In this document: piece after piece, positions 8,406 through 16,601 of the stretch
How positions within the stretch are numbered: position 1 is the first letter of the stretch
Layout: each line of letters starts with the position of its first letter
From: an uncultured Alphaproteobacteria bacterium
GTDB taxonomy: Bacteria; Pseudomonadota; Alphaproteobacteria; Paracaedibacterales; CAITNM01
Reading direction: 5' to 3'
DNA: 64,000 bases
Assembly (NCBI GenBank): GCA_903893805.1
Contig: CAITNM010000026.1
Location: 2,542 to 66,541 of the forward strand
Translations under genes and position numbers: made by a program
The notes under the pieces: model-generated
What the model saw: only the letters and a program-made list of their open reading frames with translations
What the model was told of the DNA's origin: nothing
Database searches by the model: none

Positions 8406-9257
8406 ATGAGATTATTACATATTGTTTTTTATAGAGGATTATTTTTCTTTACCCTGCCCGTATGTCTCTGGGCAGCAGTGCATAGCGAAGTTAGCTTAGC
8501 TTATCACAGTACGGCAAATAGTGCTTATAATGGATGCAAAGTTACTTTCCAAGTATATGAGGGAACTGAAGAAGCAAAAAAGCGAGTATGGACGGGACAG
8601 TTAGGCTTTTACGGAGAAGGGTTACCCTTGGTAAACACTTCCATATTATCTCGTAAACAAGTTGATCCCGAAATAAAATTAAGATATGTCTCTAATGATG
8701 CACGCTACAAAGCTTCGTTCGAAACAGTCCCTCCCCTCCGTTCAATGTCTCCTGACGGATTTACTTATGAAGAAACTGCGTGCATGGAAGATAGCATTAT
8801 TGCGGGCAATATGATCACATGGAGTCTTAATAATCACGCTATAAGTGTTCAAGATGTTGTTGACACAGTAAATAACTTAAAAGACGGAGGACGTTTTCCG
8901 AAGTACAAACTTTATGGATACGATTGGAATGATAACGTTGCAAACTGTGTGACATTTTCTTGTCGTTTCTTAAGAGCTTTTGGAGTTAATATTGATGCGT
9001 GCACAGAACTCACACCATGGCTAAAACCAACAAGAGGTTCAGGGTTGTCTTGGGCGGGCTATTATATATTCGCTTTTGGTTGGACACATGATCACGTACG
9101 TTTGCGTAACGCAGTATTATCCATCGCTCAGTATCATAATAATGTTAGGTGGAATAGAGGAGATGTACAGAGTGGTGCTCCAAGATTTGCACTTAAGAGT
9201 ATTGAAGATGTGCTGCCAGGAGCAGATATAAGCTCTGTTAGAGCTTATATACAATGA
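8406..9257 (+). CDS. Secreted hypothetical protein with a possible papain-like/NlpC-P60 catalytic Cys
   Basis: Signal-like N-terminus; KYKLYGYDWNDNVANCVTFSCRFL and candidate His residues (AYHS, NNHA, THDHV). Confidence 0.55.
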   Translation: MRLLHIVFYRGLFFFTLPVCLWAAVHSEVSLAYHSTANSAYNGCKVTFQVYEGTEEAKKRVWTGQLGFYGEGLPLVNTSILSRKQVDPEIKLRYVSNDARYKASFETVPPLRSMSPDGFTYEETACMEDSIIAGNMITWSLNNHAISVQDVVDTVNNLKDGGRFPKYKLYGYDWNDNVANCVTFSCRFLRAFGVNIDACTELTPWLKPTRGSGLSWAGYYIFAFGWTHDHVRLRNAVLSIAQYHNNVRWNRGDVQSGAPRFALKSIEDVLPGADISSVRAYIQ

Positions 9258-9272
9258 TGAAGGAGATCTATT

Positions 9273-10223
9273 ATGAATAGTTTTGTCAAAATTTTCATTG
9301 CAGGAGGAGTTTTTTGTTTATTTCTCTTCAACTCCAAAGCAGTATCGTGTGGGGAAGAGTTTGTTTTTCCGTTTGCTGACGATGACCTTGTAAGTCAAAA
9401 TAGTCGCCAAGTTTTAGAGATGCAACCAGTAAGAAATTCTTCTTCATCATCTACTCTTCCTAGTCGTTGTGCTTTTCCAATCGATACTGCAACTGCTTTA
9501 CCAGAAGCATCAGCAATTTTAGCTGAGAGAAATAAGGTACGATTCCCCATACCTCAAGCCGCTCTCGCTGGTTTTCTGCCTTTACTAGAGATGGGGGAAG
9601 ATGTTATTTTTGAAGCCTTTAGGTTTTCTGCATCTTGTAGTTCTGAGTTTAAATTTAAGAGATGTGAGAGAGATGGTAGCGTCTTTTTTATCAATCCTGG
9701 ATGCAATATATCGCTTGAAGATAACTATAACAGCTATCAATATTTTATTGTAGCTGCGAATCGAGAAGAAGCTGCACATGCATTGAACGAAGTAGAAAAA
9801 TTTAAAAGAGAAAAATGTCTTACCTTACTTAACCAAGTAAAGATAGTATTATTTAATCTATACGATAGCAAAATGCCGACAACTCCTTTCAACGATCTAT
9901 ATAGCATAGTGCCCAAGAACAACATCGTTAGTTTTATTTTAGATGAAAATTTTATGGGTAAGTGGGTCCTTCTTAAAGATTTATGCCTTAATTTTCATTG
10001 GAAGAATTGGCCTGGGATAAGAATTACAGTCCCTTTATCAAATCGTAGATTATTTACACAAGAAATACTTAGTGATGTGTATAAAAGAGTATTAAGACAG
10101 TGGCATTCGATAATAGATGCAATAGATCTTGGTATTTTTGAAAATGAAAGTGAAGCTGCAGAGGGTATGTTAGATGTTATTGGAAATCTTCCACCATCTG
10201 CAAGCAGGTGGAATATTTTCTAG
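9273..10223 (+). CDS. Secreted hypothetical protein
   Basis: 316-aa ORF, SD aaggag, hydrophobic signal-like N-terminus; no family recognised. Confidence 0.6.
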   Translation: MNSFVKIFIAGGVFCLFLFNSKAVSCGEEFVFPFADDDLVSQNSRQVLEMQPVRNSSSSSTLPSRCAFPIDTATALPEASAILAERNKVRFPIPQAALAGFLPLLEMGEDVIFEAFRFSASCSSEFKFKRCERDGSVFFINPGCNISLEDNYNSYQYFIVAANREEAAHALNEVEKFKREKCLTLLNQVKIVLFNLYDSKMPTTPFNDLYSIVPKNNIVSFILDENFMGKWVLLKDLCLNFHWKNWPGIRITVPLSNRRLFTQEILSDVYKRVLRQWHSIIDAIDLGIFENESEAAEGMLDVIGNLPPSASRWNIF

Positions 10224-10981
10224 AATCTGTGATCTAACGTAAAACCACGGGGATTATATAGATTGGACAGCAATTTTGCTATAAACAAGAGGGGGGAGGG
10301 TTCTTTGGTTACTGCACGGTCTAGGATGTCTCGAGCATCTAAGCCATCAGGTGCTTTGTCGGCTAAATCCCATTTATGGGGCAAGGTTGTGGGCAAATTG
10401 ACGATTTTAACTTCAACAATTTTACCTTCTTGATTACTCTGATTTTCCAGAATAGTTGTAATCTTAGTGGCTGCATTAAGTCCCGGCTGATCATGATCTG
10501 GCCAAATCGTAACAGACCGATCTTTTAAAGTGCTCCAATCAGACTTTTGAACAGCACCACTTCCACCAGACCATGTCACTACTGCGTGATCTTTGAATAG
10601 CTCTCTCGCTGCTTCGCAGGTTTTTTCGCCCTCAACGATCAGCACAGGTGCATTCGGCTTTGCTTTAAGTTGATCCAATCCATACAAAGGACGATCATTA
10701 CCAAATCCTTGCCATCGCCACTGTTTTTCACCCTTGTCATTTTGACAATAGGTAAGCGTAGGCGTGATTTTATGACCGCTCTTATCCTCTAACCGCACCA
10801 CATACCCTAAGACATTGCTATCTGCCTCTTTGTAGGCATATCGAGCAACCTCAATTTTTCCTTTAAGCATCTAACTGAGGCTTTTTTCTGCTTTTAAATC
10901 AACAGGCGTTGCAAGAGCAGGGAACAGAGGTGTCCAGTCCTATTTAGATTGGTTGATTTTTACGATCCGTAATATGATCAT
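10220..10981 (-). pseudogene. Toprim-domain primase-like gene of mobile elements, with two in-frame TAG stops
   Basis: Toprim motifs PVLIVEGEKT...VTWSGGS...IWPDHDQPG. The frame extends 5' of the called start 10870 through TAG at 10871-73 and 10940-42 (K*DWTPLFP...SLS*M) to an ATG at 10981, 1 nt after the PLD stop. Confidence 0.7.
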
Positions 10982-10982
10982 A

Positions 10983-11609
10983 TCATTTGGGTTTGCCAAG
11001 TGTTTTTTGAGAATGGAAGGATTTGGAAACGTTCCAACGTTCCTCAAAGTACACGGTATATCTCTTGGCGACTTCTTGAGCGTTAATAAACACGAGATTT
11101 TCTGCATTGTTAAACTCTGCTGAGTGTGACCAATTGTATGAGCCTGTTATTGTTTGTAGGTTGTCTATGATCAAGACCTTATTGTGAGCAATTTTGACTG
11201 AATGATCGAACCTCACGTCTAAGCGGTTGTTAAGCAAGATTTGAATGACCTCTTTTGAGTACTTTTGATATTGTTGGCTGTGATCAAGAACAATACGAAC
11301 GTTTACACCTCTTTTTTTAGCCTGGATCAACGCTTGAGTAATAGGCTTGCTTGTAAAAGAATACCCCAACAGCAAAATGCTTGATTTGGAGTTATCGATG
11401 GATTTTATTACCTTAGGCAAACAAGACTGACCGGGAGTGAAGCAAACATCCAATGATACAGGCACTGCTGCTATTGAAACTTTTGGAGTAGAGGAGAATG
11501 GAATGTTTTCGATAAAGAGTGGATAAGACAAGAGCCCAGCGACAAAAATACTAACCGCTACTATGAGTTTGTTAGGTTTAAATCTATATCCTTGTTTTTT
11601 GTGCTTCAT
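10983..11609 (-). CDS. Phospholipase D-family nuclease (single HKD motif; Nuc/rickettsial Pld-like)
   Basis: AHNKVLIIDN...TGSYNWSHSAEFNNAEN; CFTP and YSFTS motifs; N-terminal anchor. Start probably 11609 (track starts at 11651). Confidence 0.9.
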   Translation of the reverse strand: MKHKKQGYRFKPNKLIVAVSIFVAGLLSYPLFIENIPFSSTPKVSIAAVPVSLDVCFTPGQSCLPKVIKSIDNSKSSILLLGYSFTSKPITQALIQAKKRGVNVRIVLDHSQQYQKYSKEVIQILLNNRLDVRFDHSVKIAHNKVLIIDNLQTITGSYNWSHSAEFNNAENLVFINAQEVAKRYTVYFEERWNVSKSFHSQKTLGKPK

Positions 11610-11754
11610 GATCTTTAAGGAGGCGGATGCCGCGTTGTTTAAAATTCCCAAGAGAGTTTGTGACGAGCATTATGGTTGTTACTGAGAGCATTTCATTCTG
11701 TGTTTTGAGAACCTGAGCGAGTTGGCTTGTCTCGATATTTTTTTGCAGTATCAT
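11584..11754 (-). CDS. Small hypothetical ORF (56 aa)
   Basis: MILQKNIETSQLAQVLKTQNEMLSV...; weak SD-like sequence upstream; overlaps the PLD start. Confidence 0.3.
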   Translation of the reverse strand: MILQKNIETSQLAQVLKTQNEMLSVTTIMLVTNSLGNFKQRGIRLLKDHEAQKTRI

Positions 11755-11914
11755 TCGTTACTCGCCCCTAGAGAACACACAAACATAAAAACTAAAAAAC
11801 AACCCATAAGATAAAAGAAAGAGAGTCTAAATCTCGTTCCCTAACGTGTACTTGCTCAACTGGATTGGATCATATTGCGATAGTGTTATCAAGTGTCATT
11901 TTGCCAATTTTGCT

Positions 11915-11952
11915 AAATGCGCACTTATGCGGTGTGACAAAGTGCGTTACAC
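11915..11952 (-). other. MOBQ-family oriT-like site
   Basis: Minus strand: GTGTAAC-gcacttt-GTCACAC (inverted repeat), then CGCA, then TAAGTGCG|CATT. This matches the IR plus TAAGTGCG|CCCT architecture of RSF1010/pSC101/pSK41-type oriTs. Confidence 0.65.
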
Positions 11953-11988
11953 TTTTTACACCACTTATGTTACCTACGGCGTTTATTT

Positions 11989-12282
11989 ATGACATCAAGA
12001 ATGCAAGAGTATCGTGACAAAAAAAGACAAGAAGGATTTGTACAAGTAAGAGTTTGAGTGCCAGAAGAACACGAATATTTTATCAAGAATATCGCTAAAG
12101 AGTGCAGACCAAGTGTCCCACTCAAAATCCCCGAGCGTTATGGCAGACCAGCTAAGCCATCACAAATCCGTCTTGCTCAAGCTCTTGCGGCCTCCAGGGG
12201 TAAAGAGCCACCTGAACACCTCTATGATTACCACATTAGTTTGTCAGCTTGGATGTGGGGGCTCGGTGGCAGACCGAAATGA
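11989..12282 (+). pseudogene. Small RHH/MobC- or DUF3018-like gene with an in-frame TGA
   Basis: MTSRMQEYRDKKRQEGFVQVRV*VPEEHEYFIK; TGA at 12055-57 falls where Trp of a V-x-V-W-V-P motif is expected. Confidence 0.6.
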
Positions 12283-12357
12283 TTGTTAAGCTGAGAAGCT
12301 TTCTTCATTAAATTCCTTTATTTCATATTTATTTTTTTCTCAATGCGCCTCCATATT

Positions 12358-12531
12358 TGCCGTATTTACCGTCCAACCGTCCACAACCGCAGTTTTGCTA
12401 ATGTTTTTTGGACGAGTGGACGAATCATTGTCTGAGGTGGACGGTATCGCAGATGTATTGATGGACGAATACTGAAGGCTTGAATGTCCTTATTTACCTA
12501 ACCAATGGACGGCTGGACGGTAAATACGGCA
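12358..12531. repeat. 26-bp inverted repeat enclosing TGGACG iteron-like hexamers
   Basis: Arms 12358-12383 and 12506-12531 with 1 mismatch. TGGACG at 12409, 12417, 12438, 12462, 12506, 12514; CGTCCA at 12370, 12378. Confidence 0.85.
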
Positions 12532-12854
12532 TTTTCAAGGAGGCTAGAAGAAACATTTATATTATATCGTTTCCACGATTCTTCAAATATGTGTTTATCA
12601 AACCCTTTTCTTTGTATGCCGCCAATTTCCATGTTCTTCGTATGGATTTGATAGGGAGAAAGAAGCCTACTTAACTGACGCGGGGTAATTCTTTTATCGA
12701 TCCCCCGAAAATTATACACGGACCAGGGACTTTCTTCGTCCTCACAAAGATAGCTAATTAGGTCAACGGATTCACGCACAGGATCTAAATCCAATCGTAC
12801 GCACGTACATAACTCAAGAATTTTTAAATATAGGAAACTCGTTAGGCTAGTCAA
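12498..12854 (-). pseudogene. DUF3631-like C-terminal fragment of a phage-satellite/ICE replication protein
   Basis: DLISYLCEDEESPWSVYN...ITPRQLSRLLSPYQIHTKNMEIGGIQRKGF...FEESWKRY; N-terminal part missing. Confidence 0.65.
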
Positions 12855-12969
12855 AACTAGGTGCTTGTAAAAACGGTTGTTTTATTCGTAAATGATTTTT
12901 TTTTGTCTATGAAAAAAGGAATTTCAGTTGAAATGGCACTTCAGAAATTTTTTGTGTCTTCTTCCATAA

Positions 12970-12988
12970 GTATACCCAGGGTATACCC
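12970..12988. repeat. GTATACCC direct repeat with 11-bp period; integrase arm-site-like
   Basis: gtataccc-agg-gtataccc, about 50 bp from the tRNA-fMet 3' end. Confidence 0.5.
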
Positions 12989-13036
12989 GACAGAATTATA
13001 GCAGAAGAAGGTGATGGCTGAAAGCCTTACGTGAAT

Positions 13037-13113
<77 letters not shown>

Positions 13114-13220
13114 ACAATGTAAATAATATATAGCTGTAACCTTAGAAAAATGCAAGATATTTTCCTGGACAATTTTCCATCTATAAACTAAAACAAGAAT
13201 GGTTACCGAAAGGTGATTTT

Positions 13221-13297
13221 AGGAGTGTAGCTCAATTGGCTAGAGCGTCGGTCTCCAAAACCGAAGGTTGTGGGTTCGAGCCCCTCCACTCCTGCCA
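13221..13297 (+). tRNA. tRNA-Trp (CCA)
   Basis: Cloverleaf with TCGGT CT CCA AA ACCGA, GTTCGAG T-loop and encoded CCA; upstream of secE. Confidence 0.97.
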
Positions 13298-13403
13298 TGT
13301 TAGTTTTCTATAGACATTTTCCTAACAATCTTATACAAATTGCGGATGAGTCTGTGTTAGACAGACAAAATGCATTTTGTTGTTCTTTTCAAGGAAATAC
13401 TTT

Positions 13404-13613
13404 ATGGCCGATCATACAAAGACACCTCTTACAAAAAAGATTCCTGAGTTTTTTGCTCAGGTTCGTCAAGAAATGCGTAAGGTCACCTGGCCAAGTGGCA
13501 AGGAAACGCGCGTTACAACGGTGGTTGTGTTTATATTTGCAATTATTGCAGCAGCCTATTTTATGGTTGTGGATCAAATTATTTATCGTCTACTACATTT
13601 AATTATTGGATAA
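13404..13613 (+). CDS. secE: Preprotein translocase SecE
   Basis: EFFAQVRQEMRKVTWPS plus a TM helix; start moved to ATG 13404. Confidence 0.93.
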   Translation: MADHTKTPLTKKIPEFFAQVRQEMRKVTWPSGKETRVTTVVVFIFAIIAAAYFMVVDQIIYRLLHLIIG

Positions 13614-13619
13614 AACGTT

Positions 13620-14156
13620 ATGTCAGCTGCTAAGTGGTATGTGGTAAACGTATACTCTGGGTTTGAAAAAAAAGTGGCCCAGCTTATTACAGAACACGCC
13701 GAAAAACATTCCTTAAGTGAAATGTTTGAGCAAGTTCTTGTGCCTTCAGAAGAAGTTGTTGAAATCCGCAAGGGCAATAAAAAAGTCAATGCTGAGAAAA
13801 ATTTTTTCCCAGGTTACGTTCTTGTTAAGATGGTTCTCAATGATAGTACGTGGCATTTGGTGCGTGATATTCCCAGAGTTTCTAGTTTTCTAGGGGCTAA
13901 GGGTAAGCCAAGTCCGATTAGTGAATCGGAAGTCAAACGAATCATGCAGCAAGTACAAGATTCTATTGAAAAACCAAAACATAATGTGGTATACGAAATA
14001 GGGGAGCAGGTTCGAGTTTGCGACGGTCCCTTTACGTCCTTCAGCGGTTTCGTTCAGGAAGTTGATGAAGACAAGGGTCGCTTAAAGGTTTCTGTTATGA
14101 TCTTTGGTCGACCAACACCTGTAGAGCTTGAATTTGGTCAAGTTGAAAAACAGTAA
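13620..14156 (+). CDS. nusG: Transcription factor NusG
   Basis: [31 protein letters not shown]-like, [10 protein letters not shown]. Confidence 0.97.
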   Translation: MSAAKWYVVNVYSGFEKKVAQLITEHAEKHSLSEMFEQVLVPSEEVVEIRKGNKKVNAEKNFFPGYVLVKMVLNDSTWHLVRDIPRVSSFLGAKGKPSPISESEVKRIMQQVQDSIEKPKHNVVYEIGEQVRVCDGPFTSFSGFVQEVDEDKGRLKVSVMIFGRPTPVELEFGQVEKQ

Positions 14157-14213
14157 GTAAATCTGTGGAAGGCTGCCAAGCCGCACCACAGCTCAATTTA
14201 TTAGTGAGGAATT

Positions 14214-14644
14214 ATGGCAAAAAAATTACGGGCTATATTAAGCTCCAGGTGCCCGCTGGAAAAGCTAACCCATCTCCGCCAATTGGTCCAGCATTGGGTC
14301 AGCGCGGTTTGAATATCATGGAATTTTGTAAGGCTTTCAATGCGCAAACCCAAGGGGTTGAGCCAGGGACGCCTTTGCCTGTTGTGATTACAGTATACGC
14401 AGATCGTACTTTTTCGTTTGTCACAAAGACACCGCCAAATACTTTCTTTTTGAAAAAAGCTGCTGGCATTCAGAAAGGCACGAAAACTCCCGGACGAGAA
14501 ATTGTTGGAAAAGTGACGATGGCGCAAATTCGTGAGATTGCAGAAATAAAAATGAAAGACCTGAACGCTCATGATTTAGATGCGGCATGCCAAATGCTTG
14601 TCGGTTCTGCTCGTTCAATGGGCTTAGAAGTTGTGGAGGCATAA
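14214..14644 (+). CDS. rplK: 50S ribosomal protein L11 with an apparent 1-nt deletion in the A run 14219-14225
   Basis: SD gagga then ATG GCA AAA AAA TTA CGG: A7 where A8 gives [29 protein letters not shown]. The track's GTG start at 14165 is an artefact. Confidence 0.95.
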
Positions 14645-14646
14645 TT

Positions 14647-15324
14647 ATGGCTGGTAAGCGTATTAAAAATGCACTCAAAAGCATAGACGATAAAAAAGTA
14701 TATTCTTTGAGCGAAGCTGTTAAGTTAGTAAAAACTAACGCAACAGCGAAGTTTGATGAAACAGTGGAAATCGCTATAAATCTCAACGTAGATGCCAAAA
14801 AAGCGGAACAAAATATCCGCGGTGTTTTAAGTTTGCCTCACGGTACAGGTAAGGTTTATAAGGTTGCTGTTTTTGCTCGTGGTCCTAAGGCAGAGGAAGC
14901 TAAAAAAGCTGGCGCTGACCTTGTTGGTGCAGAAGAAATTATAGATCAAATTTTAAAGGGTGAAATTCCTTTTGATAAGTGTATTGCTACTCCAGATATG
15001 ATGGGTGTAGTGGGTAAGGTTGCTAAAATATTAGGTCCACGTGGTTTAATGCCAAATCCAAAGCTGGGAACTGTTACAACGGACGTGGTTGCCGCTTTGT
15101 CTGCAATTAAAGGCGGTCAGATTGAGTACCGTACTGAAAAAGCAGGCGTTGTTCACTCACGTGTCGGTAAGGCCAGTTTTACAGAGAGTGCATTACAGGA
15201 AAACATTAAAGCATTGCTTGATGTGATTTCAAAAGCACGTCCAGCCGGCGTAAAAGGCACATACATTAAAAAATTGAGTTTAAGTTCAACCATGGGTCCA
15301 GGCCTACAATTTTCGGTTGAATAA
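14647..15324 (+). CDS. rplA: 50S ribosomal protein L1
   Basis: KFDETVEIAINL, LPHGTGK, GPRGLMPNPK; start at ATG 14647. Confidence 0.97.
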   Translation: MAGKRIKNALKSIDDKKVYSLSEAVKLVKTNATAKFDETVEIAINLNVDAKKAEQNIRGVLSLPHGTGKVYKVAVFARGPKAEEAKKAGADLVGAEEIIDQILKGEIPFDKCIATPDMMGVVGKVAKILGPRGLMPNPKLGTVTTDVVAALSAIKGGQIEYRTEKAGVVHSRVGKASFTESALQENIKALLDVISKARPAGVKGTYIKKLSLSSTMGPGLQFSVE

Positions 15325-15370
15325 TGGCATTCCCATAGAGAAACCTATGGGAAAGGAACAGGAGCCTATC

Positions 15371-15429
15371 CTGTCCAAGACTGTGGGTTCGGGTAACCGT
15401 TTAACAGTGAAAACTGCCTACATAGACAG
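15371..15429 (+). ncRNA. L10 leader (rplJL autoregulatory RNA)
   Basis: CTGTCCAAGACTGTGGG...CCTACATAGACAG upstream of rplJ. Confidence 0.7.
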
Positions 15430-15492
15430 AATGGGTTGCGCATCTGCTCTTCCCTTTCTGTTTCAAAAAGTAACGAGTGAAGGAGTATAAAA

Positions 15493-15996
15493 ATGGACCG
15501 TATGCAAAAGGAAGCATTGGTTGCAGATATGCGCCAGCGACTAGAGGCATCAACTCTAGTGGTAGTTGCTCGTCAATCGGGTTTAACGGTTGATGAAGTA
15601 ACTAAGCTGCGTCGTGATATGCGTGCTGCTAATGCAGAATTTAAGGTTTTAAAAAATACCCTCGCTCAGATTGCCGTTAAAGGAACTAAACTAGAAGGCT
15701 TAACTGAAATGCTGGTCGGTCCAACTACGTTGGCTTATTCAGTAGATTCTGTTGCTGCAGCTAAAGCTCTTGTCGAGTTTGCAAACAAAAACGACAAGAT
15801 TCAAGTTGTGGGAGCGTGCCTTGATGGAAAAGTTCTGAAATTAGCCGAAGTAAAAGCATTAGCTACCTTACCATCACATGATGTGTTGCGAAGTAAGATT
15901 ATTGCTGTTATTAGCGCACCAGCTACGAAGCTGGCTATCTTGCTTAAAGAGCCTGCGGCTCGTGTTGCAAGAGTGATTTCAGCAAAAAATGGTTAA
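15493..15996 (+). CDS. rplJ: 50S ribosomal protein L10
   Basis: GLTVDEVTKLRR, KVLKNTLAQIA, LATLPS. Confidence 0.96.
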   Translation: MDRMQKEALVADMRQRLEASTLVVVARQSGLTVDEVTKLRRDMRAANAEFKVLKNTLAQIAVKGTKLEGLTEMLVGPTTLAYSVDSVAAAKALVEFANKNDKIQVVGACLDGKVLKLAEVKALATLPSHDVLRSKIIAVISAPATKLAILLKEPAARVARVISAKNG

Positions 15997-16026
15997 TCAA
16001 AAGCGAGACAACTGAGGAGAATAATT

Positions 16027-16398
16027 ATGTCTAATTTAAAGAAAATCGTTGATGAATTATCAGCATTAACAGTATTAGAAGCTGCAGAGCTTTCAAAATT
16101 GTTAGAAGAAACTTGGGGCGTAAGCGCTGCAGCTGCTGTTGCAGTTGCTGCTCCGTCTGCTGCAAATGCAGAAGCTGCAGAAGTACAAACTGAATTTGAT
16201 GTCATTCTTGAAGAAGGTGGCGCGAACAAAATTAATGCAATTAAAGAAGTTCGTGCAATCACTGGTCTTGGCTTGAAAGAAGCTAAGGACCTTGTTGAGG
16301 GTGCGCCAAAGCCAGTTAAGCAAGGTGTATCTAAAGATGAAGCAGAAAAACTTAAGAAGCAGCTAGAAGACGCTGGTGCTAAAGTTTCTGTAAAATAA
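16027..16398 (+). CDS. rplL: 50S ribosomal protein L7/L12
   Basis: [34 protein letters not shown]. Confidence 0.98.
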   Translation: MSNLKKIVDELSALTVLEAAELSKLLEETWGVSAAAAVAVAAPSAANAEAAEVQTEFDVILEEGGANKINAIKEVRAITGLGLKEAKDLVEGAPKPVKQGVSKDEAEKLKKQLEDAGAKVSVK

Positions 16399-16403
16399 TC
16401 TTG

Positions 16404-16448
16404 ACGCTCGGCAATTTCCATGAAGGAGCTTGCTGAGCGTATTTTTTT
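16404..16448 (+). terminator. Intrinsic terminator after rplL
   Basis: acgctcggcaa / ttgctgagcgt stem followed by a T7 run. Confidence 0.7.
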
Positions 16449-16601
16449 ACGCTAGTGTTACAAACTGGCGGTCAGATCAATTTTATTAAAAAAATTTATT
16501 TTTGTTAGGTATGCGCTTTATATTACTTTCTATGAATTTATACAAAAAGTATTTGCGTATCTTTTTTTTAGCACCTTTTTCATCGTGTAGGAGTTTCGTG
16601 C

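Larger units (their letters stand above)
1..13036. mobile_element. Degenerate tRNA-fMet-anchored integrative/mobilizable island; left boundary probably outside the window
   Basis: Lies immediately 3' of tRNA-fMet (minus strand). Contains a GTATACCC direct repeat, a DUF3631-like fragment, iteron-like repeats, an oriT-like site, PLD/Nuc, a Toprim pseudogene and AT-rich cargo genes. No intact integrase or second att copy was seen in the window. Confidence 0.65.

Noticed and set aside
12358-12531. CRISPR array
   Set aside because: Short hexamers and one inverted repeat, no regular repeat-spacer units, and no cas genes; I saw no CRISPR array anywhere in the window.
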